A stretch of 31,141 bases of DNA, from positions 1 to 31,141 of the forward strand of contig JAODBQ010000287.1 of the NCBI GenBank assembly GCA_025464045.1, in the 5' to 3' direction. Shown here one piece after another: positions 1 to 9,037 of this stretch (its first letter is position 1; every line of letters begins with the position of its first letter). The translations under genes were made by a program, and so were the position numbers. This stretch comes from Ilumatobacteraceae bacterium. Its GTDB lineage: Bacteria; Actinomycetota; Acidimicrobiia; Acidimicrobiales; Ilumatobacteraceae. Under the pieces are notes generated by a model. That model worked only from the letters and a program-made list of their open reading frames with translations, made no database searches and had not been told where the DNA came from.

Positions 1-735
1 CGGCTGCGCGACTACATCGAGATCATGCGCAAGATCTTCGAACGCGACGAACCGGTTTCGCACGAGGGCCGCGAGATCTCGCTCCCCTACAGCGGACCGG
101 GTTCCACCGGCTTGGGCAAGCCGCTGCGGTCGATCATCCACGGCGACCCGAAGCTGCCGATCTGGATGGGCTCCGGCAAGGAGGCGACGGTGCGCCTCAC
201 CGCCGAGCTGTGCGACGGGTGGTTGCCGATGCACTTCGTCCCCGGTCGCATGGAGGAGTTCCGGCCGTGGTTGGAGGAGGGCTTCGCCCGGGCGCGAGCC
301 GCCGGTCGGGACAAGGGCTGGCACAACTTCGAGATCCAGGCCCAGGTCGGTGTCCGCATCACCGACGACGTGGCCGGTGCACTGGCCGCGCAGAAGCCGG
401 GCATCGCGTTGTACGTCGGCGGCATGGGCGCTCGCGAGGTCAACTTCCACAACGAGCACATGCGCCGGATGGGCTACGCCGATGCCGCCGCGCGGATCCA
501 GGAGCTGTTCCTCGCCGGCAGCAAGGACGAGGCGATCGCCGCAGTGCCCGACGAGTACGTCGACGAGCGCTGCCTGGTCGGTCCGGCGTCGCGCATCCGC
601 GAGCGCTACGCGGCATGGGCGGACTCCGGGATCACCAGCCTCGGCCTGACGACGCGTCAGCCCCAGGCGCTCGAGGTGCTCGCCGAGTGCGCCCGCGCGC
701 ATCCCGCCCGCGGCGTCACCGCCGCCAGGACGTGA
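1..735 (+). CDS. LLM-class (probably F420-dependent, Rv3520c-like) oxidoreductase, 5'-truncated by the window edge
   Basis: Frame is open from base 1 (RLRDYIEIMRK...). Motifs AELCDGWLP, LYVGGMGAREVNFHN and IQELFLAGSKDEAIAAVPDEYVD are typical of actinobacterial LLM/F420 enzymes. Confidence 0.85.
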   Translation, partial: RLRDYIEIMRKIFERDEPVSHEGREISLPYSGPGSTGLGKPLRSIIHGDPKLPIWMGSGKEATVRLTAELCDGWLPMHFVPGRMEEFRPWLEEGFARARAAGRDKGWHNFEIQAQVGVRITDDVAGALAAQKPGIALYVGGMGAREVNFHNEHMRRMGYADAAARIQELFLAGSKDEAIAAVPDEYVDERCLVGPASRIRERYAAWADSGITSLGLTTRQPQALEVLAECARAHPARGVTAART

Positions 736-866
736 TGACGCGGGGTTCTGTGCGACGGGCAACTGCGGCAACCGGGCCCGCGCCTGATCGACGCCGTGCG
801 GATGGAGGCGTCCACGGTGTGGCACGCGACCGTGCGCCGAGCTTCCCCGGCTGACCGGACCACGGG

Positions 867-884
867 TGCTACAACTCGGCGATG
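867..884 (+). promoter_or_regulatory. Putative extended -10 promoter for a leaderless paaX-like transcript
   Basis: TG-c-TACAAC (867-875), 6 nt, then ATG at 882; no Shine-Dalgarno. The final T of the -10 consensus is missing. Confidence 0.4.
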
Positions 885-1745
885 GACGACCGCGCCCTGC
901 GCCCCCGCTCGGGCTCGAGCGCGAAAGCACTGCTGCTGACGATCCTCGGTGAGCTCGTGCTCCCCCACGGCGGCGGGGCGTGGACGTCGACGATCGTGCG
1001 CAGCCTGGCGTTGTTCGGCGTCGAGGAGCGCAACGCCCGCCAGGCCATCGCCCGCCTCGCCGATCGGGGCACGTTGCGCTCGGAGAAGCAGGGGCGTCGC
1101 GCGAGGTGGCACCTCACCCCGGGAGGCCGGCGTCTGCTCGTCGACGGCACGCAGCGGATCTACGAGCTCGGCACCGGTGAACATGCGTGGGACGGACGGT
1201 GGCTCGTCGTGTTGTGCTCGGTGTCCGAGGACCAACGCGCCAAGCGCCACCAGCTGCGGACGCAACTGGAGTTCGCCGGGTTCGGCTTCATCGCCCCCGG
1301 CATCGCTGTGTCGCCGCACCTCGACCGCGAGCCAGCGGCCAACGCGGTGCTGGCTGACCTCGGACTGTTGCCGGGGGCGCTGGTGTTCCGTGCGGAGGCG
1401 GGCGAGGTCGTCGATGCCGACGACGTCCTCGAGCGGGGATGGGACCTCGGTCTGCTCGCGGCGGAGTACGACGCGTTCGTCGCCGGGTTCGGCGAGCGGA
1501 CGCCGTCCACGGACGAAGCGTGCTTCGTCGACCTCGTCGAGCTCGTCCACGCATGGCGGCGGTTTCCCTTCCTCGATCCCGGGATCCCGCCCCAGCTGCT
1601 GCCGGACCGCTGGCCCGGCCATGGCGCGCACGAGCTGTTCTCGACCCGGCACGCCGCCGTGACGCCCGGCGCGGTGCGCTGGTACCTCGCAGCCGAGGCG
1701 AGCGCCGGCGCGTCCGAGGGCGTCGATCGTTCGACAACCTCTTGA
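882..1745 (+). CDS. paaX: PaaX-family transcriptional regulator (aryl-CoA responsive repressor family)
   Basis: 287 aa. N-terminal wHTH (SAKALLLTILGELVLP...ARQAIARL), WDGRWLVV, LRTQLEFAGFG, and PaaX_C-type WRRFPFLDPGIPPQLLPDRWPG. Confidence 0.9.
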   Translation: MDDRALRPRSGSSAKALLLTILGELVLPHGGGAWTSTIVRSLALFGVEERNARQAIARLADRGTLRSEKQGRRARWHLTPGGRRLLVDGTQRIYELGTGEHAWDGRWLVVLCSVSEDQRAKRHQLRTQLEFAGFGFIAPGIAVSPHLDREPAANAVLADLGLLPGALVFRAEAGEVVDADDVLERGWDLGLLAAEYDAFVAGFGERTPSTDEACFVDLVELVHAWRRFPFLDPGIPPQLLPDRWPGHGAHELFSTRHAAVTPGAVRWYLAAEASAGASEGVDRSTTS

Positions 1746-1769
1746 CGGATGATCGACACGACGTAGAAT
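1742..1769 (+). promoter_or_regulatory. Sigma70-type promoter of the box operon
   Basis: TTGACG (1742-1747), 16 nt, TAGAAT (1764-1769), 29 nt before boxC. The -35 overlaps the paaX stop codon. Confidence 0.65.
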
Positions 1770-1798
1770 GACGAGGTCCGACGAGCTGAGGGGAAGCC

Positions 1799-3511
1799 GT
1801 GGAGGACGTGCAGATCGACGTCAGTCCAGACACCGAGCACGGCGTCGTCGCAGCGCCGCCAACGATCACGTTCGACGTCGACCCGTCCGCGTACCGGCAC
1901 TGGGCGCTGTCGATCGACGCGCCGATCGCGACCGTGACGATGCGAGTCACGCCCGACGCGGGGTTGCGCGACGACTACGAGCTCAAGCTGAACAGCTACG
2001 ACCTGTCGGTCGACATCGAGCTGCACGACATCGTCCAGCGGCTGCGGTTCGAGCACCCGGAGGTCCATGCCGTCGTCGTCACCGGCGGGATCGACAAGGT
2101 CTTCTGCGCGGGCGCCAACATCCAGATGCTCGCCGGTTCGACGCACGGTCACAAGGTCAACTTCTGCAAGTTCACCAACGAGACGCGCAACTCGATCGAG
2201 GACGCGACCGCCAACTCTGGCCAGGCGTGGATCGCCGCGGTGAACGGCACCGCGGCAGGCGGCGGCTACGAACTGGCGCTGGCCTGCGACGAGATCGTGC
2301 TGATCGATGACCGCGCCTCGGCGATCTCGCTGCCGGAGGTGCCGCTGCTCGCGGTGCTGCCGGGGACCGGCGGGTTGACGCGCTTGGTCGACAAGCGCTT
2401 CGTCCGCCGCGACATCGCCGACGTCTTCGCCACCCGGGCCGAAGGGGTGAAGGGCCAGCAGGCACTGGACTGGGGCCTGGTCGACGCGATCGCAACGCGA
2501 GGTCGGTTCGACGACGTCGTGCGCGAACGTGCGCTGGCCCGCGCCCAAGCCTCCCCGCGACCCGACGAGGCCGACGCCATCACGTTGGATCCACTCGACG
2601 TCCAACTCCGTGACGACGGGCTGCACTACCGATGGGTCGACGTCGAGATCGAGCGCAGCCTCGGCGCCGCGCACGTCACCGTGCACGGGCCCACGGGTGA
2701 ACCCGTGTCCACGCCGAACGAGCTGCTGGCCGCCGGTTCCGAGGCGTGGATCATCGCTACCGCGCGTCAGCTCGACGACGCGATGCTCCGGCTGCGGTTC
2801 AACGAGCCCGAGCTCGGCACGTGGGTGCTCCACACCCGAGGTGATGCCGATGGCGTGATCGCCGCCGAGCGACTGCTGCGCAGCCACGTCGACCACTGGC
2901 TCGTCAACGAGGTCGCACTGCTGTGGACGCGCACGCTCAAGCGGCTCGACCTGTCGTCACGCTCCATCGTCACGCTCGTCGAGCCGGGGAGCTGCTTCGC
3001 CGGCGTCCTCGCCGAGCTCGTCCTCGCCGCCGACCGTTCGTACATGCTCCACGGCGGGGATCCGGCGGGCGACTCGCCGCCGGCGACGATTCGCCTCAGC
3101 GAGACGAACGACGGGAGCTTCCCGATGTCGAACGGGTTGAGCCGCCTGGCCACCCGCTTCCTCGGCCACGACGATCGTCTCGACGATGCACGTCGTTGCA
3201 TCTGCAAGGACCTCCTCGCCGTCGAGGCCGAGTCGGCCGGGTTGGTGACGTTCACGCCGGACGACCTCGACTGGGACGACGACGTGCGGATCCTGCTGGA
3301 GGAGCGCAACAGCTTCTCGCCGGACGCGCTCACCGCGATGGAGGCCAACCACCGGTTCGCCGGGCCGGAGACGATGGAGACGAAGATCTTCGCCCGGCTC
3401 ACCGCCTGGCAGAACTGGGTGTTCCAGCGACCCAACGCCGTCGGACCGGACGGTGCGCTGCGCCGCTACGGCACCGGCTCGCGTCCCACCTACGACCGCG
3501 TCCGGATCTGA
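1799..3511 (+). CDS. boxC: 2,3-epoxybenzoyl-CoA dihydrolase (benzoyl-CoA-dihydrodiol lyase)
   Basis: 570 aa double crotonase fold. LKLNSYDLSVDIELHDIVQRLRFEHPEV, HKVNFCKFTNETRN, LPEVPLLAVLPGTGG, ETKIFARLTAWQNWVFQRPNA. Directly upstream of boxB. Confidence 0.93.
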   Translation: MEDVQIDVSPDTEHGVVAAPPTITFDVDPSAYRHWALSIDAPIATVTMRVTPDAGLRDDYELKLNSYDLSVDIELHDIVQRLRFEHPEVHAVVVTGGIDKVFCAGANIQMLAGSTHGHKVNFCKFTNETRNSIEDATANSGQAWIAAVNGTAAGGGYELALACDEIVLIDDRASAISLPEVPLLAVLPGTGGLTRLVDKRFVRRDIADVFATRAEGVKGQQALDWGLVDAIATRGRFDDVVRERALARAQASPRPDEADAITLDPLDVQLRDDGLHYRWVDVEIERSLGAAHVTVHGPTGEPVSTPNELLAAGSEAWIIATARQLDDAMLRLRFNEPELGTWVLHTRGDADGVIAAERLLRSHVDHWLVNEVALLWTRTLKRLDLSSRSIVTLVEPGSCFAGVLAELVLAADRSYMLHGGDPAGDSPPATIRLSETNDGSFPMSNGLSRLATRFLGHDDRLDDARRCICKDLLAVEAESAGLVTFTPDDLDWDDDVRILLEERNSFSPDALTAMEANHRFAGPETMETKIFARLTAWQNWVFQRPNAVGPDGALRRYGTGSRPTYDRVRI

Positions 3512-3539
3512 CGCCGGACGGACACCAGGAGGCCGAACC

Positions 3540-4949
3540 ATGACGATCGTCGACATCGACGCCAAGATCCCCAACAACGTCGGCCTCGCCGAGGATCGCC
3601 GGCTGCAACGTGCCCTCGAGTCGTGGCAGCCGAAGTTCATCGAGTGGTGGAAGGATCTCGGCCCCGTCGCCTTCCAGGACAACGAAGTGTATCTGCGGAC
3701 GGCGATCTCCGTGGGACAGGAGGGCTGGGCGAACTTCGGCCACGTGAAGATGCCGGACTACCGCTGGGGCATCTTCCTCGCCGATCCCGAGCCTGATCGA
3801 CGCATCGCGTTCGGCGACCACCTCGGCGCCCCGGCCTGGCAGGACGTTCCCGGCGAGTACCGCTCCGAGCTGCGCCGGCTGCTCGTCGTGCAGGGCGACA
3901 CGGAGCCGGCGTCGGTGGAGCAGCAACGCTCCCTGTGCCTCACTGCGCCGAGCATCTACGACTTGCGCAACCTGTTCCAGGTCAACGTCGAGGAGGGCCG
4001 TCACCTGTGGGCGATGGTGTACCTGCTGCACCGCTACTTCGGTCGGGACGGCCGTGACGAAGCCGACGAGATGCTCGAGCGCCACTCCGGTGACAGCGAC
4101 AAGCCGCGCATCCTCGGCGCGTTCAACGAACCGACGCCGGACTGGCTGTCGTTCTTCTTCTTCACCTACTTCACCGATCGCGACGGCAAGTACCAGCTGG
4201 CGTCGCTGCGCGAGAGCGCATTCGATCCGCTCTCGCGGACGTGCGACTTCATGCTCAAGGAGGAGGCCCACCACATGTTCGTCGGCGCGACGGGCATCGG
4301 CCGCGTCGTGCAGCGCACGGTGGACCTGATGCAGGTGCACGACACGGCCGACGTCGCGCCGTTCGGCGGGATCGACGTGGCGATGCTGCAGCGCTACCTC
4401 AACTTCCACTGCAGCGTCTCGCTCGACCTGTTCGGCGCGGAGACGTCGACGAACGCGGCGAACTACTACGCCGCGGGGTTGAAGGGTCGCTTCCAGGAGG
4501 AGCGCCGCACGGACGACCACCGCCTGCACGACGCGGTGCGCGAGGTGCCGACCGTGGCAGGTGGCGGGCTCACCACCCGCTCCGCGCCCGCGCTCGCGGC
4601 GTTGAACGAGACGCTGCGCGACGACTACATCGCCGATTGCCAGAAGGGCATCGACCGGTGGAACCGGACGCTGGCCGAGGTCGGGCTCGAACTGCGCCGC
4701 CCCCACGTCGGGTTCAACCGCGCCGTCGGTGCGTTCCGCGACCACCACGTCAGCCCCGACGGTCGGCTCGTCGACGACGCGACCTGGCAGGCGAGCGTCG
4801 ACGGTTGGCTACCGACAGCGGACGACCGGACGTACGTCGAGTCTCTGATGCACGCCGTCACCGCGCCGGGCAAGATGGCGGGGTGGCTGGCCGGTCCGTC
4901 GACCGGCGTCCACGCCAAGCCGGTGGACTACGAGTACGTGAGGATCTGA
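3540..4949 (+). CDS. boxB: Benzoyl-CoA 2,3-epoxidase, diiron oxygenase subunit
   Basis: ATG 3540 with AGGAGG RBS. KIPNNV, YLRTAISV, MPDYRWGIF, and diiron motifs VEEGRH and KEEAHH. Confidence 0.95.
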   Translation: MTIVDIDAKIPNNVGLAEDRRLQRALESWQPKFIEWWKDLGPVAFQDNEVYLRTAISVGQEGWANFGHVKMPDYRWGIFLADPEPDRRIAFGDHLGAPAWQDVPGEYRSELRRLLVVQGDTEPASVEQQRSLCLTAPSIYDLRNLFQVNVEEGRHLWAMVYLLHRYFGRDGRDEADEMLERHSGDSDKPRILGAFNEPTPDWLSFFFFTYFTDRDGKYQLASLRESAFDPLSRTCDFMLKEEAHHMFVGATGIGRVVQRTVDLMQVHDTADVAPFGGIDVAMLQRYLNFHCSVSLDLFGAETSTNAANYYAAGLKGRFQEERRTDDHRLHDAVREVPTVAGGGLTTRSAPALAALNETLRDDYIADCQKGIDRWNRTLAEVGLELRRPHVGFNRAVGAFRDHHVSPDGRLVDDATWQASVDGWLPTADDRTYVESLMHAVTAPGKMAGWLAGPSTGVHAKPVDYEYVRI

Positions 4950-4985
4950 GAGCCACCGACCGTCTGCGTGTTCCTGGGGGGAACG

Positions 4986-6536
4986 ATGACGAGCTACAAC
5001 GCCGCTGCCTGGCTGGTCGACCGACACCTCGCCGCGGGGCGCGGCGACCGCACCGCGTTCCGCGTCGAAGGCGTCTCGACCGACTATGCCGCGCTGCAGC
5101 GGGCGGTGTTCCGGGTCCAGCGCGCGCTGCGCGCGCTGGACGTGCGACGCGGCGAGCGGGTGGCGTTGGTGCTCGATGACGAGCTCGCGTTCCCGGCCTG
5201 GTTCCTCGGTGCGCTGCGGTCCGGTGTCGTGCCGGTGCCGTTGTCGACGATGCTGACGCAGGCCGAGGTCGCCGCCATCGTGGCCGACGCGGGAGCGGGC
5301 GTCGCCGTGCTGTCGCAGGGCTACGCCGGCTACGTCGACGCGCTCGCCGCAGCCGACCCCGATCTGCGCCACGCCGTCATCGCCGGCGAGCCGGTCGGCG
5401 CCGGAGGCGCGGCGCCGGTGGCAACGCACCGTTGGTCGTCGTTCACCGATGCGGACGAGTCACCCGTGGCCGCGACGAACCCCGACTCGCCCGCGTTCTG
5501 GCTGTACAGCTCGGGCACGACCGGCGTGCCGAAGGGCGTGATGCACCGCCACGCCAGCCCGCAGGCGACCGCCGACACCTACGCGCGCGAGATCCTGGCC
5601 ATCGGGCCGGACGACCGCTGCCTCTCGGTGGCCAAGCTGTTCTTCGCGTACGGCCTCGGCAACTCGCTGACGTTCCCGCTGGCGACCGGCGCCTGCGGCA
5701 TCCTCAACCCGCGGCCGCCGACACCTGCCGACGTCGGCGCGCTCGTCCGCGAGGAGCAGCCGACGCTGTTCTTCGCCAGCCCGGGCTTCGTCGCCGGTCT
5801 GCTCGACGCGGACATCCCCGACTCGACGTTCGCGTCGGTCCGCGCGACCGTGACTGCCGGGGAGGCGCTGCCCGCCGATCTCCAGCGTCGGTTCTCGGCG
5901 CGCTTCGGGCACCCCGTGCTCGACGGGATCGGCACGACGGAGGCGTTGCACATCTTCGTCTCCAACCGCATCGGCGAGGAGCGGCCCGGCACCAGCGGCA
6001 AGCCGGTGCCGGGTTACGAGGCGCGGCTCGTCGACGACGTCGGCGACCTCGTCGCGACGGCGGAAACGCCGGGCTACCTCCAGGTGCGCGGGCCGTCCCT
6101 GGCGACGGGCTACTGGAGCCGTGACACCGCGACGCGCGCCGCGTTCCAGGGCGAGTGGCTCGCCACCGGCGACGTGTACACCCGCTCCGAGGACGGTTTC
6201 TGGACCTTCCTCGGCCGCAACAGCGACATGATCAAGGCGGGCGGGATCTGGGTCTCGCCCGCCGAGGTCGAGTCGGTGCTGATCGAGCACCCCGATGTCC
6301 TCGAGGCCGCGGTCGTCGGATCCCGCGACGGCGCAGGCCTGGAGACCACCGTTGCGTTCGTCGTCGCTCGGCAGGGTCGCGAGATCGACGTGGCCGCGCT
6401 CGACGCACACTGCCGTTCCCGGATGGCGGCGTTCAAGCGGCCCCGCGAGGTCCACGTCGTCGTCGAGCTGCCGAAGACGGCCACCGGCAAGATCCAGCGG
6501 TTCGCGCTTCGCAACCGGCTCGCCCCGGCGTCGTGA
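4986..6536 (+). CDS. bclA: Benzoate-CoA ligase family adenylate-forming enzyme
   Basis: YSSGTTGVPKG, KLFFAYGLGN, DGIGTTEALHIF and LPKTATGKIQRF; box context. Start taken as ATG 4986 after a GGGGGAA RBS. Confidence 0.88.
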   Translation: MTSYNAAAWLVDRHLAAGRGDRTAFRVEGVSTDYAALQRAVFRVQRALRALDVRRGERVALVLDDELAFPAWFLGALRSGVVPVPLSTMLTQAEVAAIVADAGAGVAVLSQGYAGYVDALAAADPDLRHAVIAGEPVGAGGAAPVATHRWSSFTDADESPVAATNPDSPAFWLYSSGTTGVPKGVMHRHASPQATADTYAREILAIGPDDRCLSVAKLFFAYGLGNSLTFPLATGACGILNPRPPTPADVGALVREEQPTLFFASPGFVAGLLDADIPDSTFASVRATVTAGEALPADLQRRFSARFGHPVLDGIGTTEALHIFVSNRIGEERPGTSGKPVPGYEARLVDDVGDLVATAETPGYLQVRGPSLATGYWSRDTATRAAFQGEWLATGDVYTRSEDGFWTFLGRNSDMIKAGGIWVSPAEVESVLIEHPDVLEAAVVGSRDGAGLETTVAFVVARQGREIDVAALDAHCRSRMAAFKRPREVHVVVELPKTATGKIQRFALRNRLAPAS

Positions 6537-7330
6537 CGTTCGACGCGACGACGACGACCGTCGAGGTCGACGGCGTCGGGCTGGACACGCTCGTGCTCCC
6601 GGCCGGCGACGCGCACGTCGGGCCGCCGCTCGTGCTGCTGCACGACGGCCTCGGGAGCGTCGGGCTGTGGCGCGGCTTCCCGGCCGCGCTCCACACCGCC
6701 CTCGGCGAGCCGAAGGTGGTCGTGTACTCGCGCGCCGGCTACGGCCACAGCGGTCCTGCACCGCTGCCGCGACCCGTCACCTACATGCACCACGAGGCCG
6801 ACGTGGTGCTGGCGGAGATGTTGAGGAAGCTCGGCATCGAGCGTCCCGTGCTCGTCGGGCACAGCGATGGCGCCTCGATCGCACTGCTGCACGCCGGCGC
6901 CGGGCACGACGTGGCCGGACTGGTGCTGCTCGCACCGCACGTCGTCGTCGAGGACATGACCATCGCGTCCATCGACGCCGCGCGAGCCGCCTACGTCACG
7001 ACCGATCTGCGAGCTCGCCTCGGCCGGCACCACGACGACGTCGACCGCACGTTCCGTGGCTGGAACGACGTCTGGCTCTCGCCGGCGTTCCGTTCGTGGA
7101 ACATCGAGGACCGTCTGGCCGCGATCGAGTGCCCGGTGCTGCTCGTCCAGGGCGACGAGGACCCATACGGCTCGCTCGAGCAGCTCGACCGGATCGAGTC
7201 CGGCGCGTGCGGCCCCGTCACGCGACTCGTGGTGTCGGGCGTCGGCCATGCGCCCCACCTCGAGGCCGCCGAGGTCACCGTCGCCGCGACCGCCGCGTTC
7301 GTCGGTGCGCTCTCGCCAGGCCCTTGTTAG
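6533..7330 (+). CDS. Alpha/beta hydrolase (possible thioesterase/lactonase of the box pathway)
   Basis: GTG start overlaps the ligase stop (GTGA). LLHDGLGSV oxyanion region, GHSDG nucleophile, QGDEDPYG acid, GHAPH histidine. Confidence 0.85.
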   Translation: MTFDATTTTVEVDGVGLDTLVLPAGDAHVGPPLVLLHDGLGSVGLWRGFPAALHTALGEPKVVVYSRAGYGHSGPAPLPRPVTYMHHEADVVLAEMLRKLGIERPVLVGHSDGASIALLHAGAGHDVAGLVLLAPHVVVEDMTIASIDAARAAYVTTDLRARLGRHHDDVDRTFRGWNDVWLSPAFRSWNIEDRLAAIECPVLLVQGDEDPYGSLEQLDRIESGACGPVTRLVVSGVGHAPHLEAAEVTVAATAAFVGALSPGPC

Positions 7331-7360
7331 ATTTTGGCGAACCGAGATGGGAGGACCGGG

Positions 7361-7903
7361 GTGCCCGACACGATGCGCAAGACCGCAGTTGCCCGCCTGC
7401 ACCACAACGCTTGGGTCACCCGTGATCAGGAAGCGACCAGACGGTTCTACGAGGACCTCATCGGGTTGCCGCTCGTGGCCACGTGGAGCGAGACCGACGA
7501 GTTGTTCGGCGCGGAACGCGTCTACTGCCACACGTTCTTCGGTCTCGCCGACGGCAGCGCGCTGGCGTTCTTCCAGTTCGCCGATCCCCAGGACCAGGAC
7601 CTGTTCGGCCCGCCGATGCCGGAGTCGCCGTTCTCGCACATCGCGTTGAAGGTCGACAACGACACCCAGGACGACGTGGCCAAGCGCCTGGCCGACGCCG
7701 GCTACCGGGAACCGGCCACCTTCATCCTCGACCACGGCTACTGCCGGTCCTTGTACGTGCGCGATCCCAACGGCCTGCTGATCGAGCTGACCGCCGATCA
7801 TGCCGACGCGCGGACGATCTCCGCCACCCGCGCGACCACGGCTCACCAGGACCTCACGAACTGGTTGAACGGTGACCACACCAGCAACAACACGTATCGC
7901 TGA
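7361..7903 (+). CDS. VOC/glyoxalase superfamily metalloprotein
   Basis: GTG 7361 with GGGAGG RBS. LHHNAWVTRD...RRFYEDLIGL, HIALKV and DHGYCRSLYVRDPNGLLIELT give His/His/Glu metal ligands. Confidence 0.85.
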   Translation: MPDTMRKTAVARLHHNAWVTRDQEATRRFYEDLIGLPLVATWSETDELFGAERVYCHTFFGLADGSALAFFQFADPQDQDLFGPPMPESPFSHIALKVDNDTQDDVAKRLADAGYREPATFILDHGYCRSLYVRDPNGLLIELTADHADARTISATRATTAHQDLTNWLNGDHTSNNTYR

Positions 7904-7912
7904 CCACCGCTG

Positions 7913-9007
7913 ATGGCAGGTGGCCGAGACGCGAGGAGCCGGCTCGTCGCCGAGCTCCCATTGATCCCGACGACGGTCATCGGCAGCTACCCGCAGCCAT
8001 CCTGGCTGATCGACCACGACCGGCTCCTGGAGAAGGGCGTCCCGCGCACGCTCGCTCCCGACGTCTGGCGGATCCCACCCGGGGAGCTCGACGAGGCCCT
8101 CGACGCGGCGACGCTGCTGGCCATCTATGACCAGGTGCAGGCGGGGATCGACATCGTCACCGACGGCGAGATCCGACGCGAGAGCTACTTCAACCACTTC
8201 GCGAACGCGCTCGACGGAGTCGATCGCGGACGGTTGGGGCAAGGCGTCAACCGGGTGGGCGGCCGATCGATGGTGCCGCTGGTGAGCGGCCCGATCCGGC
8301 GCGGCGCACCGGTGGAGCTCGCCGCGGCCGAGTTCCTGCGGTCCGCCACCGACCGGGCCACGAAGGTGACCGTGCCCGGTCCGTTCACCCTCAGCCAGCT
8401 GGCGCAGAACGAGCACTACCGCGATCAGCGCTCGCTCGCCCTCGCCTACGCCGACGCCATCCAGGAGGAGCTCAGCGATCTGGTGGCGGCGGGCGTCGAC
8501 GTGGTGCAGCTCGACGAGCCCTACCTCCAGGCCAATGCCGAGGCGGCGCGGAGCTTCGCCGTGGAGGCCATCGATCGCGCCCTCGCCGGCATCCGCGCCA
8601 CCACGGTGCTGCACACGTGCTACGGCTACGCGGTGTACGTGGCCGACAAGCGCGGTGGCTACCCGTTCCTCGCCGAGCTCGCCGAGTGCGCCGCCGACCA
8701 GCTGGCCATCGAGTTCGCCCAACCGCGGCTGGATCCTTCGCTGCTCGTGCCGTTGGCGGCGAAGACGATCGTGCTCGGTGTGCTCGACCTGTCGACACCG
8801 GACGTCGAAGCGCCGCACGTCATCGCCGACCGCCTCCGGGCCGCGCTCGAGGTGGTCCCGCCGGAGCGCCTCGTCGCGGCGCCCGACTGCGGGATGAAGT
8901 TCCTCACCAGACCGGTGGCGTTCGCCAAGCTCGCGGCGCTCGTGCAGGGCGCCGCGCAGGTCCGTGCCGAGCTGGGAGCCCGCGCCCTCGCCGACCCGCA
9001 GACGTGA
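7913..9007 (+). CDS. Single-barrel cobalamin-independent methionine synthase II (MetE C-terminal)-like Zn enzyme
   Basis: TTVIGSYPQP, TDGEIRRESY, VQLDEP; Zn ligands HTCYG, AIEFA and PDCG. Only 364 aa, with no N-terminal folate barrel. Confidence 0.85.
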   Translation: MAGGRDARSRLVAELPLIPTTVIGSYPQPSWLIDHDRLLEKGVPRTLAPDVWRIPPGELDEALDAATLLAIYDQVQAGIDIVTDGEIRRESYFNHFANALDGVDRGRLGQGVNRVGGRSMVPLVSGPIRRGAPVELAAAEFLRSATDRATKVTVPGPFTLSQLAQNEHYRDQRSLALAYADAIQEELSDLVAAGVDVVQLDEPYLQANAEAARSFAVEAIDRALAGIRATTVLHTCYGYAVYVADKRGGYPFLAELAECAADQLAIEFAQPRLDPSLLVPLAAKTIVLGVLDLSTPDVEAPHVIADRLRAALEVVPPERLVAAPDCGMKFLTRPVAFAKLAALVQGAAQVRAELGARALADPQT

Positions 9008-9021
9008 GCCGCACAGGCCTC

Positions 9022-9037
9022 TACAGTTCGCAGCGTG
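9022..9037 (+). promoter_or_regulatory. Putative -10 for a leaderless transcript of the 9035 gene
   Basis: TACAGT (9022-9027), 7 nt, GTG 9035; no SD. Suggests this gene is independent of the box operon. Confidence 0.4.

Noticed and set aside
7913-9007. Canonical metE
   Set aside because: About half the length and without the N-terminal folate-binding barrel, so no gene symbol was assigned.
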